Shown one piece after another: positions 29,588 to 38,531 of a stretch of DNA of 49,653 nucleotides (the stretch's first letter is position 1; each line of letters opens with the position of its first letter). The DNA lies in NCBI GenBank assembly GCA_002382045.1, contig DFZJ01000223.1:9758-59410 (forward strand), given 5' to 3'. The notes under the pieces are model-generated. The model worked only from the letters and a program-made list of their open reading frames with translations, was not told the DNA's origin and did no database searches. A program made the translations under genes and the position numbers. Origin of the DNA: Syntrophaceae bacterium UBA4059. Lineage in GTDB: Bacteria; Desulfobacterota; Syntrophia; Syntrophales; Smithellaceae.

Positions 29588-30877
29588 ATGTCAAATGCAG
29601 TCATTGTCAACGGTGTGCGCACCGCGGTCGGAGCCTTCGGAGGCTCCCTGAAGGACGTTCCCGCCAAGGATCTGGGAGCTCTGGTCATTCGTGAAACTTT
29701 AATCAAGGCTGGTTTCAAACCAGCCCTGCCGGCTTACGCCAAGGAAGACGCGCCGGATACCGCCAGGAACGAAGGCCCCTCCCCCATCGAACAGCAATAT
29801 GGCAAGTGGGCCGATCATCTCAGAGAAATTGCCGTCGATGAAGTCATCATCGGCAACGTGATCGGGGCGGGACAGGGCCAGAACGTTGGCCGCCAGGCCA
29901 TGATTCGCGCCGGTCTTCCCAAAGAAACCACGGCCTTCACCATCAACAAGGTGTGTGCCTCCGGTATGAAAGCGATCGCGCTGGCCGCGGCCAGCATCAA
30001 GGCCGGTGACAGCGAAGTGGTCATCGCCGGCGGCATGGAAAACATGAGCGATGTGCCGATTGGGCTGCCCAAGGCCCGCTGGGGGCATCGGATGGATATG
30101 CCTTTCGGCAAAACCGTCGACCTGATGGTTTTTGACGCTCTGTATGAAATCTTCTACGGCTACCACATGGGCATCACGGCCGAAAACATCGCCGCGCGCT
30201 ACGGCATCACACGCGAGGAACAGGATAAACTGAGCGTGGAGAGCCATGCCCGCGCCCGCAACGCCATCAAAAACGGCCTCCTGAAAGATGAAATCGTTCC
30301 CGTCACCATCCCGCAGAAAAAAGGCAATCCGGTTATTTTTGATACGGATGAACGCCCCATGGACACGAGCATGGAAAAAATGGCCAAGCTGAACACGGCT
30401 TTCAAGAAAGACGGCACCGTCACGGCCGGCAACGCCTCCGGCATCAATGACGCGGCAGCGGCCCTGCTGATCATGAGCGAAGAAAAGGCCAAACAGATGG
30501 GTTTGAAACCTCTGGCGCGGATTAAAGGTTATGCGTCAGGCGGCGTCGATCCTGCGTACATGGGCTTGGGTCCTGTTCCCGCCGTGCGCAAACTGCTCCG
30601 AATCACCGGCACATCGATTAAGGATTACGGCCTGTTTGAACTCAACGAAGCGTTTGCCGCTCAGGCCATTGCCTGCCTGCGCGAACTGAACATTCCCTGG
30701 GAGGTCACCAACGTCAACGGCTCGGCCATTTCCATCGGCCACCCGGTGGGCTGCTCCGGCGCGCGTATCGTGCTGGCGCTGGCCAATGAAATGAAACGAC
30801 GCAATGTGGGCCTGGGACTGGCCTCTTTGTGCATCGGCGGCGGCCAGGGCATGGCCATTGCCATCGAAGCCGTTTAA
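29588..30877 (+). CDS. acetyl-CoA C-acetyltransferase (thiolase II)
   Basis: Motifs seen are NKVCASGMKA (active-site Cys), NEAFAAQ, GHPVGCSGARI and LCIGGGQG. AAGGAGG lies upstream. Confidence 0.92.
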   Translation: MSNAVIVNGVRTAVGAFGGSLKDVPAKDLGALVIRETLIKAGFKPALPAYAKEDAPDTARNEGPSPIEQQYGKWADHLREIAVDEVIIGNVIGAGQGQNVGRQAMIRAGLPKETTAFTINKVCASGMKAIALAAASIKAGDSEVVIAGGMENMSDVPIGLPKARWGHRMDMPFGKTVDLMVFDALYEIFYGYHMGITAENIAARYGITREEQDKLSVESHARARNAIKNGLLKDEIVPVTIPQKKGNPVIFDTDERPMDTSMEKMAKLNTAFKKDGTVTAGNASGINDAAAALLIMSEEKAKQMGLKPLARIKGYASGGVDPAYMGLGPVPAVRKLLRITGTSIKDYGLFELNEAFAAQAIACLRELNIPWEVTNVNGSAISIGHPVGCSGARIVLALANEMKRRNVGLGLASLCIGGGQGMAIAIEAV

Positions 30878-30882
30878 ATGTC

Positions 30883-31200
30883 ATGCAGGGAAAGGGCGAA
30901 CCGCTGATGCTCATCAATGGTCTGTCTTTTCCCCTGGATTTGTGGTTTGCGCAGATTCAGGAGCTGTCCAAAGATTTTCGGGTGATTGCGCCGGATAACC
31001 GGGGTATCGGACGAAGCGACAAGCCGGACGAAAAATACTCCATTGCCTTTTTGCGGCAGTTTGCCGCCTGCAATGCTTTTGATCATAACAGCCGGCCTCA
31101 GAATATCATGCAGCCGACGATGATCATTTACGAAAATTGCGGTCACACGATTCTTCTGGAAAAAGCCGACCACCTTTGCCGGTTCCTTGAGGATCGCTAA
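30883..31200 (+). pseudogene. alpha/beta-hydrolase relic (in-frame internal deletion, nucleophile elbow missing)
   Basis: The N-terminal strand and oxyanion region (GEPLMLINGLSFPLDLWFAQIQELSKDFRVIAPDNRGIGRSDKP) joins directly to the C-terminal His region (PTMIIYENCGHTILLEKADHLCRFL). It is 105 aa against ~260 aa normally, and there is no G-x-S-x-G. Confidence 0.6.
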
Positions 31201-31201
31201 T

Positions 31202-32509
31202 ATGGAAATCAAAAACCTCAAAACAATAACGCCTGATGAAGCAGTCAGGGTTATTCAATCCGGTGACCATGTCCATTTGAGCTCCGTCGCCAGTGCCCCG
31301 CAGTGTCTGATGGCCGCCATGTGCCGGCGCGGACGGGCGGGTGAACTGGAAAATGTTCATATTCATCATCTCCACACGGAAGGCCCGGCGCCCTATGCTG
31401 ATCGCGAGTTTGAAGGCATTTTCCAGCTGGATTCTTTTTTTGTCGGGCCGAACGTCCGCACACAGACTCAGCAGGGGTATGCGGATTACATCCCGGTATT
31501 TCTGGGCGAAACCCAGCGGCTTTACCGTGAAGGTCATCTGCCCTGCCAGGTGGTTATGCTGCAAGTCTGCCCACCGGATGAACAGGGTTTTGTGTCCCTG
31601 GGAACATCGGTGGATGCGACACTGGCCGCCATGGAAATCGCCGGTACCGTGATCGCGGTCATTAATCCGCATGTTCCGCGTACATTTGGCGATGCGGTTA
31701 TTTCTAAGGATAAAATTGATGTTTTTGTGGAAGACGATACACCGCTGGAAACGGTCGATTTCGCGAAGCCCGATGCGATTGAAGCGGCCATTGGCAGACA
31801 TTGCGCGGCGCTCATCGAAGACGGCGCGACTTTGCAGATGGGCATCGGCGCGATTCCCAACGCGGTGCTCGGTCAACTGGGCGGGCATAAAAACCTGGGA
31901 ATCCACACGGAGATGTTTGCCGACGGGGTGATCGGGCTTGTGGAAAAAGGTGTGATCAACGGCGCCAATAAAGCGATTGATCAGGGGAAGATGGTGGCGA
32001 CATTCCTGCTGGGTTCAAAAAAATTATACGATTACACGCATCAGAACACCCAGGTGCTGATGATGGATGTCGGCTATACCAACGATCCTTTCATCATTGC
32101 AAAAAACCCGAAGGTCACCGCCATTAATTCCGCGCTGCAAGTTGACCTGACCGGCCAGATTTGCGCCGACTCTCTGGGGACGAAATGTTACTCCGGCGTG
32201 GGAGGCCAGATCGATTTCGTTTATGGCGCGTCGCGCTCTCCGGGGGGCAAGGCGATTATTGCCCTGCCGTCGGTAACGGACAAAGGGGTCAGCAAAATAG
32301 CCCCCGTGTTATTGCCCGGCGCGGGCGTCGTGACCACACGCGCCCACGCGCACTGGCTGGTGACGGAATACGGCGCGGTTAACCTCTACGGCCGGTCCCT
32401 GCAGGAACGGGCCCGGTTGATCATCACCATTGCACACCCGGAACATCGGGAAGCGCTGGATCAGGCTGCATTTGAACGTTTCGGTTCACACTACCATTTT
32501 GTAAAATAA
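31202..32509 (+). CDS. acetyl-CoA hydrolase/transferase family protein (4-hydroxybutyrate CoA-transferase-like)
   Basis: Motifs seen are VIQSGDHVHLSSVASAP, LQMGIGAIPNAV, LGIHTEMFADG and GVGGQIDFVYGA. The start codon lies 1 nt after the preceding stop. Confidence 0.88.
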   Translation: MEIKNLKTITPDEAVRVIQSGDHVHLSSVASAPQCLMAAMCRRGRAGELENVHIHHLHTEGPAPYADREFEGIFQLDSFFVGPNVRTQTQQGYADYIPVFLGETQRLYREGHLPCQVVMLQVCPPDEQGFVSLGTSVDATLAAMEIAGTVIAVINPHVPRTFGDAVISKDKIDVFVEDDTPLETVDFAKPDAIEAAIGRHCAALIEDGATLQMGIGAIPNAVLGQLGGHKNLGIHTEMFADGVIGLVEKGVINGANKAIDQGKMVATFLLGSKKLYDYTHQNTQVLMMDVGYTNDPFIIAKNPKVTAINSALQVDLTGQICADSLGTKCYSGVGGQIDFVYGASRSPGGKAIIALPSVTDKGVSKIAPVLLPGAGVVTTRAHAHWLVTEYGAVNLYGRSLQERARLIITIAHPEHREALDQAAFERFGSHYHFVK

Positions 32510-32756
32510 TTACGTTGCTGATTGCTCAGGATCTATTTACATGCGGGCACCAGATTGTTTTCATCCGGTATTTGAGCGCCGGAAGCACCAGAATCAAAAC
32601 CGGCATGGCAATGTCGCCGATATAAAGAACGGGCCCTGCGTTATTGACAGGTATAATTTAGAGGTCTGACATTTGTGATTGACGAAAAAGCATAGTATTG
32701 GCATATCAGGATAAGCTGTTATGCTTGATTCAAAAATTCAGGAAATGGAGATTCTT

Positions 32757-33539
32757 ATGAAGAACTATGGAAGGAACATTATTTTAGCCGTTACGGTTGC
32801 TTTTTCACTGATGGTTGTTGCTCAGGCCCATGCTTTTGAATTAGGCGCCAGGGCCTATTTATGGCTTCCCGATCTGAAAAAAGCGGATATCCAGACCATT
32901 GCCGCCGGTGTCGAGCGATCGAACATCGACACAAGAGATATGCTGGGTGTCGGGAACGAGGTCACATACGCCGTTGAGGCCTATGGAGGGGTGGGAAAGA
33001 ATCATGTGAGTCTGACCTATACGCCCTTCGGTTATTCATCGGATGCCATTCTCTCGGCTGCTCTGAATTACAATGGCGCGACCTATAACGCGGGGACCGC
33101 CGTCCATTCAGATCTGGAATATTCCATGTTTGATCTCAAGTACCAGCGCGACCTTATCAATATGGAAAATATCCTGGCGGGCTTTTCCGTGGGCGCTATC
33201 GCTCAACTCAAATATTCCACGGGGAGTTTTAAACTGAATGCCAACGGAAACGGATTGTACCAAAAGAGGTCGTTCGATTCCTGGATGCCGATGATCGGGG
33301 CAGGCGCCCATATCGGACTGATAGCCAACCTGCTGGAACTAAGAGCGCAGGCAACAGCCGGCGGGTCTGGTTCCGGTAATTATTCGTATGAAGCCCTGGC
33401 GGATTTATCCTTCAGCCCCCTGCCCTTCCTCGATATCCACGCCGGCTACAAACTGCTTCAGCTCAAGATGGATGTGAATGATTACAAAATGGACACGCTC
33501 TACACGGGACCTTACCTTGGGTTAACGGTCGGTTTTTAA
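32757..33539 (+). CDS. outer-membrane beta-barrel protein (hypothetical)
   Basis: The signal peptide is MKNYGRNIILAVTVAFSLMVVAQAHA. It shows alternating hydrophobic beta-strand periodicity and a terminal ...YLGLTVGF with C-terminal Phe. GGAG lies upstream of ATG 32757. Confidence 0.55.
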   Translation: MKNYGRNIILAVTVAFSLMVVAQAHAFELGARAYLWLPDLKKADIQTIAAGVERSNIDTRDMLGVGNEVTYAVEAYGGVGKNHVSLTYTPFGYSSDAILSAALNYNGATYNAGTAVHSDLEYSMFDLKYQRDLINMENILAGFSVGAIAQLKYSTGSFKLNANGNGLYQKRSFDSWMPMIGAGAHIGLIANLLELRAQATAGGSGSGNYSYEALADLSFSPLPFLDIHAGYKLLQLKMDVNDYKMDTLYTGPYLGLTVGF

Positions 33540-33571
33540 CGAGCATCGAAATAGCAGGATAAAAGACAAAA

Positions 33572-33607
33572 GGTTTGGCCTTTCCCGGAAAGACCAAGCC
33601 TTTTTTG
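33572..33607. terminator. bidirectional rho-independent terminator between the OMP gene and nrdJ
   Basis: GGTTTGGCCTTTCC pairs with GGAAAGACCAAGCC (one mismatch, one G-U). A-rich and T-rich runs flank it on the two sides (AAAAGACAAAA ... TTTTTTG). Confidence 0.5.
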
Positions 33608-33636
33608 TGCGGTTGAAACATAGAATGGTGAAAGGG

Positions 33637-35868
33637 CTACGCGCACTCGCTGTAACCGCAGATGCGGCAGACGGCGCAGCCGCCTTCATGCTCGACGATG
33701 CCGCCGCAATCCGGACACGCGCCTTTGCGGAAAACGCGCTTTTCATGCTGCACTTTGCCGCCGTTGGCCTCGACGTGTGCCTGAATGGCTTTGGCCACTG
33801 CGTCAGCGCAGGATAGAATCTTGTTTTCACCAAAACCGGACGGCGAGTGGCACGAAATGCCCTGCAGCTGTTTGATCACCTGACGCGCTTGAAGTCCGCT
33901 GCGCCACGCGAGCGACACCATGCGCCCGATGGCCTCGCTCTGGGAGGCGGCGCATCCGCCAGCTTTTCCCATGGTTGTAAAAAGTTCAAACAAACCGGAG
34001 GCGTCCTCGTTAACCGTCACATAAAGCGGTCCGCATCCTGTTTGCATCTGATAGGTCCAGCCTTTGAGGATTTTCGGCCGTTCGCGTTTGGTGGTAGACA
34101 AGTCTTTATCCGGGGCTGAGGGAACAGCCGCTTCCTGTTTTTTCCCCACACTCAGAACCTGCTGATCGCGGGATCCGTCGCGGTAAATCGTAACGCCCTT
34201 GCAGTCGAGTTTATAGGCTAGTTCATAAACACGGGCGACATCTTGAATCGTTGCACTCTTGGCGAAATTGACGGTTTTACTGACGGCGTTGTCCGTATAT
34301 TTCTGAAAGGCGGCCTGCATCCGGATATGCACTTCCGGTGTGATGTCATGCGCGGTGACAAACAAATTGCGGATGTCCTCCGGAACTTCATCCAGATGGT
34401 GCAGTGTGCCGCTTTCGGCAATTTTCTGCATTAATTCCAACGAGTAAAATCCTCTTTCTTTCGCGATGGCTTCAAAATAGGGATGAACTTCCACCAGAAT
34501 ATCGTTATCCATCACCTGCCGGATGTAAGATACGGCGAAAAGCGGTTCTACGCCGGAAGAGGAATTGGCCATGATCGAAATCGTTCCAGTGGGCGCAATG
34601 GTCGTCACAGTGGCATTGCGCATCGGCGGTGCGCCTTTTTTGTCATAGAGTGACCCTTTAAAATTCGGGAAAGCGCCGCGGGTTTCGGCCAGCGCCTGTG
34701 ACGCGGCGTGTCCCTGCTCATTGATGAAGTGCATGACTTTCTGCGCCAGTTCAATGGCTTCTTCCGTGTTGTAGGGAATGCCGAGCAAGATGAGCATGTC
34801 CGCCCAGCCCATCACGCCCAATCCGATTTTGCGGTTGCCCAGGGTCATCTTGGCGATCTGCGGCAGAGGATAATTATTGGCCTCTACGACATTATCCAGA
34901 AAATGGACGGCCAGGTGAACGACTTCCTGAAGCCTTTTCCAGTTGACTTTCCCGTTTTGAACCATTTTGCTCAGATTGATGGAGCCGAGGTTGCATGATT
35001 CGTAAGGCAGCAGCGGCTGTTCTCCGCAGGGATTCGTGGATTCGATGGTTCCGACACCGGGAGTCGGATTGTCGCGATTGAGCCGATCCAGAAAAACAAT
35101 GCCCGGTTCGCCGTTTTCCCAGGCCTGTGTGACGATCCGGTTAAAAACCTTGCGGGCGTTGAGGGTTCCCGAAACCTGACCGTCGCGGGGATTCACAAGG
35201 TCGTAATTCTCATCTTTTTCCACCGCTTTCATGAATGCTTCGGTCAGTCCCACGGAAATGTTGAAATTATTCAGTTGCTTTTTGTCGGCCTTGCACATGA
35301 TGAAATTCATAATGTCCGGATGATCGATGCGCAGAATGCCCATGTTGGCGCCCCGTCTGGTTCCTCCCTGCTTGATCGTTTCCGTGGCGACATCGAAAAC
35401 ACGCATGAAAGAGATGGGGCCGCTGGAAATACCGGTCGTCGTTAAAACAACATCATTGGCGGGACGCAACCGGGAAAAGGAAAATCCGGTGCCGCCGCCG
35501 GATTTGTGAATCAGAGCGGTAAATTTCACGGCGTCGAAAATTTCTTCCATGGAATCACCTACCGGCAGCACAAAACAGGCGGACAGCTGTCCCAGTTCGC
35601 GTCCGGCGTTCATGAGGGTCGGTGAATTGGGCAGAAATTCCAGCCGGGTCATCATATGATAAAACTCTTCCGCAATGACGGACGTATCAGCCTTTTTATT
35701 AAATTTTTTATCCGCGCAGGCGATGGTATCCGCCACGCGCCGAAACATTTGCACAGGAGTCTCCAGCACCTTTCCCTCTTTGTCGCGTTTCAGGTAACGC
35801 CTCTCCAGAACGGTCATCGCGTTTTTGGTCAATTCCGGAATAATGGGGGTGTAAGTCGTTTTTTCCAT
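33637..35868 (-). CDS. nrdJ: adenosylcobalamin-dependent ribonucleoside-triphosphate/diphosphate reductase (class II)
   Basis: Motifs seen are LPNSPTLMNAG, TNPCGEQPL (thiyl Cys) and SCNLGSINL. A C-terminal zinc ribbon reads CPDCGG...CAVCRICGYSECA. The product is 743 aa. Confidence 0.92.
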   Translation of the reverse strand: MEKTTYTPIIPELTKNAMTVLERRYLKRDKEGKVLETPVQMFRRVADTIACADKKFNKKADTSVIAEEFYHMMTRLEFLPNSPTLMNAGRELGQLSACFVLPVGDSMEEIFDAVKFTALIHKSGGGTGFSFSRLRPANDVVLTTTGISSGPISFMRVFDVATETIKQGGTRRGANMGILRIDHPDIMNFIMCKADKKQLNNFNISVGLTEAFMKAVEKDENYDLVNPRDGQVSGTLNARKVFNRIVTQAWENGEPGIVFLDRLNRDNPTPGVGTIESTNPCGEQPLLPYESCNLGSINLSKMVQNGKVNWKRLQEVVHLAVHFLDNVVEANNYPLPQIAKMTLGNRKIGLGVMGWADMLILLGIPYNTEEAIELAQKVMHFINEQGHAASQALAETRGAFPNFKGSLYDKKGAPPMRNATVTTIAPTGTISIMANSSSGVEPLFAVSYIRQVMDNDILVEVHPYFEAIAKERGFYSLELMQKIAESGTLHHLDEVPEDIRNLFVTAHDITPEVHIRMQAAFQKYTDNAVSKTVNFAKSATIQDVARVYELAYKLDCKGVTIYRDGSRDQQVLSVGKKQEAAVPSAPDKDLSTTKRERPKILKGWTYQMQTGCGPLYVTVNEDASGLFELFTTMGKAGGCAASQSEAIGRMVSLAWRSGLQARQVIKQLQGISCHSPSGFGENKILSCADAVAKAIQAHVEANGGKVQHEKRVFRKGACPDCGGIVEHEGGCAVCRICGYSECA

Positions 35869-35915
35869 TGCGGTGAGCTCCTTTGAGAATGATTAATAAG
35901 ATTTAGAAATAAAAA

Positions 35916-35962
35916 ATACTACATATTGTATGATGGGTTCCATTAAACACAACATGTAGACG
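35916..35962 (-). promoter_or_regulatory. tandem NrdR boxes upstream of nrdJ
   Basis: Box 1 (35916-35931) reads ATACAATATGTAGTAT on the coding strand, matching 13/16 positions of the recalled consensus acaCwAtATaTwGtgt. Box 2 (35947-35962) reads ACACAACATGTAGACG, matching 11/16. The centres are 31 bp apart, which is the usual tandem spacing. Confidence 0.55.
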
Positions 35963-35988
35963 TTGTCAATAGAGTGAAATTAAATATT

Positions 35989-37515
35989 TTAAAAAGTAAA
36001 AAAAGGCGCATGGTTGGATGTGAAATATTCCGGTGTGCGTTTTACAATTGGCGCGATGGACGGATGCTGCTTAAACGTTTTCGTAAGATAATTACGGACA
36101 TCCGGGCGTTGCCAGCCACCGGGATGATGAAAACTCTTGTATAATGATAAATCGCCTTCATAAAAATCATGCGTGGCGAGGGTTTGCGCCTCGACACTGG
36201 TCGCAGGCAGATTAAAGATCGCCAGATTCAGGAAGTCAATGTAGCCGGCGTGCCGGCTGACAAAATCCAGTGTCTTCATTGCGGCCGTTTCAGTTTCCGG
36301 TGGTGTGCCGAATAGAAAATAACAATAAGTGGCAATGCCGGTCTTATTAAGCATCCGCAAGGCAGCCGAAGCTGTCTGTATGTCAATTCCCTTCTGCAAA
36401 CGGTCGAGGACGTCCTGATCGCCGGATTCAATGCCGAGTTTCAACATGACGCAGCCGCTTCTCTTCAATGCCCGGCAAAAATCCTCATCGGCCAGATGCG
36501 GGGTAATGCGGGTAAAACCATACCAGGGGGCGCCCGGCGGCTGTTGGGCAAGCGCTTTCAGCAGCGACGGAGCGATGGCGCTATCCAAAAGGTGAATCAG
36601 CGATGGATGGGTTTGGTGGGAGAGCGTCTGCAATTCTTCCGCGGCATGGGCAGAAGGCAGGGGCAGGTAGGGATTGGCCTCGGCTTTCTCCGGGCAGAAC
36701 GCGCACTTTCGCCACCAGCAACCGCGTGCGGCGCTGTAGGGGAGAATAAAACCCGGAGAAAGATAACGATTCTCCATGAGAAGGTGATAATCCGTTGAAG
36801 GGCCATTCCGGTGATCCTTGATCCCCAGCAATTCCAGCAACTTTTCTTCCCCGGCCCCGGCAACGATTTCATCAACCAGTCCGGTAAAGAGATGGGGTCT
36901 GCCTGTGATCTGAACCCAGGATGTTGTCAGGGATCCGCCCAGAATAATTTTCTGCCGGGGGTGAATTTTTTTGATAAAGCCGATCATGGCCAGCGTGCAA
37001 AGCGCCTGACTTAAATAATTAAGTGAAAAGCCGATAAATTCCGGCGACTCTTCAAGTACTTGGGTCAGTCGTCCGGAAAAGTAAGAATAGAAAGGGTTGA
37101 TTTCGGGGGTTTGCGCGGCCCGGAGCAAGTCGCTGCTTTTGACCGGGGATAGCCTGTTGTCTGCGTAGTCAGACAAGGACAGGTTTGCACCGCAGGAAAT
37201 CCCGGCCCTATGGAGGACATGGTTGATATCCAGCACGGCGCGCGAATAGCGACTTTTGTTGCCGAAGGTCATGATCTTTTGCAGGGCGGCCAGATTGGTT
37301 TCCAGGTTTTTGCAGGCACGGATGTCCCATCGACTGGAAGGCCTGCCTTCCTCTGCGGCCGCGCGTGTCAGATAAAGCAGACCTTCCAGATTGGCGTCAA
37401 TGGCCTGATGTGCAACACGGTTTGCTTTCAGGCAGGAAGACAGTTTGGCAATTCCTGCCGGCGGTTCAGAAGGTTTGACGACGGGTGGATGAATTAAAAT
37501 TATTTTTGGTGTCAT
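35989..37515 (-). CDS. B12-binding-domain radical SAM protein
   Basis: The N-terminal Rossmann-like B12-binding region reads KIILIHPP...IILGGSLTT. The cluster motif is RGCWWRKCAFCPE. A TIM-barrel-like remainder follows. The product is 508 aa. Confidence 0.8.
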   Translation of the reverse strand: MTPKIILIHPPVVKPSEPPAGIAKLSSCLKANRVAHQAIDANLEGLLYLTRAAAEEGRPSSRWDIRACKNLETNLAALQKIMTFGNKSRYSRAVLDINHVLHRAGISCGANLSLSDYADNRLSPVKSSDLLRAAQTPEINPFYSYFSGRLTQVLEESPEFIGFSLNYLSQALCTLAMIGFIKKIHPRQKIILGGSLTTSWVQITGRPHLFTGLVDEIVAGAGEEKLLELLGIKDHRNGPSTDYHLLMENRYLSPGFILPYSAARGCWWRKCAFCPEKAEANPYLPLPSAHAAEELQTLSHQTHPSLIHLLDSAIAPSLLKALAQQPPGAPWYGFTRITPHLADEDFCRALKRSGCVMLKLGIESGDQDVLDRLQKGIDIQTASAALRMLNKTGIATYCYFLFGTPPETETAAMKTLDFVSRHAGYIDFLNLAIFNLPATSVEAQTLATHDFYEGDLSLYKSFHHPGGWQRPDVRNYLTKTFKQHPSIAPIVKRTPEYFTSNHAPFFTF

Positions 37516-37714
37516 AATTCACAAACAATCAAAATATGATATTTTTCCATGATCCGGCAGACGCTGATTAGTTCTCCTAATATCGGATGAACTCTTGCGC
37601 AAGCATTATCTCATGCTTATATTTCCGACTTGACAGGGATGTCGCAATACGCAATAGTCGAGCCCGCTCGAAAACGGTTTAATACGGCGTGGATATTCTT
37701 TTTTAAGGTAATTT

Positions 37715-38509
37715 GTGAAAATTAAATATCATTATCATCTTAATAGCGGATACAAAGCATTATTCGTTCTGTGCGGTGCGATTTTAATTATGCTCATGGC
37801 CGCCATGGTGTTTGCTGCGGATAAGTATCCTGCACATGGGGCTGCGGCTGTCAATGATTTTGCCAATGTTATTGATCCGTCCAACGCCGCTAAAATAGAA
37901 TCTTTAGCGCGTGAAATATTGCAGAAAACTGGAACGGCGATGGTTGTAGCAACCGTGCCGGAATTGGGACCATCAGAAGAAATCACGCTTTATACGAATG
38001 GTCTGTATAAAGCCTGGGGCATCGGCAAAAAAGGTGAAGATAAAGGGGTCTTGATATTTCTTGCGGTCAAAGAGCGAAAAATTCGCATTGAAACCGGTTA
38101 TGGTACGGAAGGCGTATTACCGGATGGTTTGGTGGGTGAAATCCTGGACAAGTATGTTGTGCCTCAACTCAAATCAGGCGAAACGGGCAAGGCTCTTTAC
38201 AATGCCATGTTTGCCTGCGGTTCTTATATAGCGAAAGCCTCAGGCGTGCAATTGACAGGGGTTGCCGCCCCTTACCGTTCTAAAGCCAGGCCTCAAGGCA
38301 AAGGGGTCAATGTTGCCGGAATTATTATCTTTCTCATTGCCGCTGCCGTCCTTTTGGGAACCAGAACAGGCCGGCAGATGCTGCCGTGGATACTGCTGCT
38401 CCTGCTCAGTGGAAGCGGTCGGGGTGGTGGTGGAGGTGGTTTCGGCGGCGGGTTTGGCGGTTTCGGCGGCGGGATGAGTGGCGGCGGCGGGGCAGGCCGT
38501 GATTTTTAA
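37715..38509 (+). CDS. TPM-domain protein (YgcG-like) with a C-terminal TM helix and Gly-rich tail
   Basis: It has a signal peptide. The TPM core reads VNDFANVI...LQKTGTAMVVATVP...KGVLIFLAVKERKIRIETGYGTEGVLPD. A TM helix follows, then GRGGGGGGFGGGFGGFGGGMSGGGGAGRDF. The start is a GTG. Confidence 0.8.
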   Translation: MKIKYHYHLNSGYKALFVLCGAILIMLMAAMVFAADKYPAHGAAAVNDFANVIDPSNAAKIESLAREILQKTGTAMVVATVPELGPSEEITLYTNGLYKAWGIGKKGEDKGVLIFLAVKERKIRIETGYGTEGVLPDGLVGEILDKYVVPQLKSGETGKALYNAMFACGSYIAKASGVQLTGVAAPYRSKARPQGKGVNVAGIIIFLIAAAVLLGTRTGRQMLPWILLLLLSGSGRGGGGGGFGGGFGGFGGGMSGGGGAGRDF

Positions 38510-38531
38510 ACAATATTCAGGGTGGATGAAC

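Noticed and set aside
32517-32640. A minus-strand reading frame, ...AGPVLYIGDIAMPVLILVLPALKYRMKTIWCPHVNRS*, that looks like the C-terminus of a membrane protein.
   Set aside because: It has no in-frame start other than an internal Met giving 26 aa. It is bounded upstream by a stop and no family is recognised. It may be another relic, but the evidence is too thin.
35869-35988. A cobalamin riboswitch upstream of nrdJ.
   Set aside because: The gap is only 120 bp, it is AT-rich, it lacks a B12-box-like GCCACTG core, and it is better explained by the two NrdR boxes.
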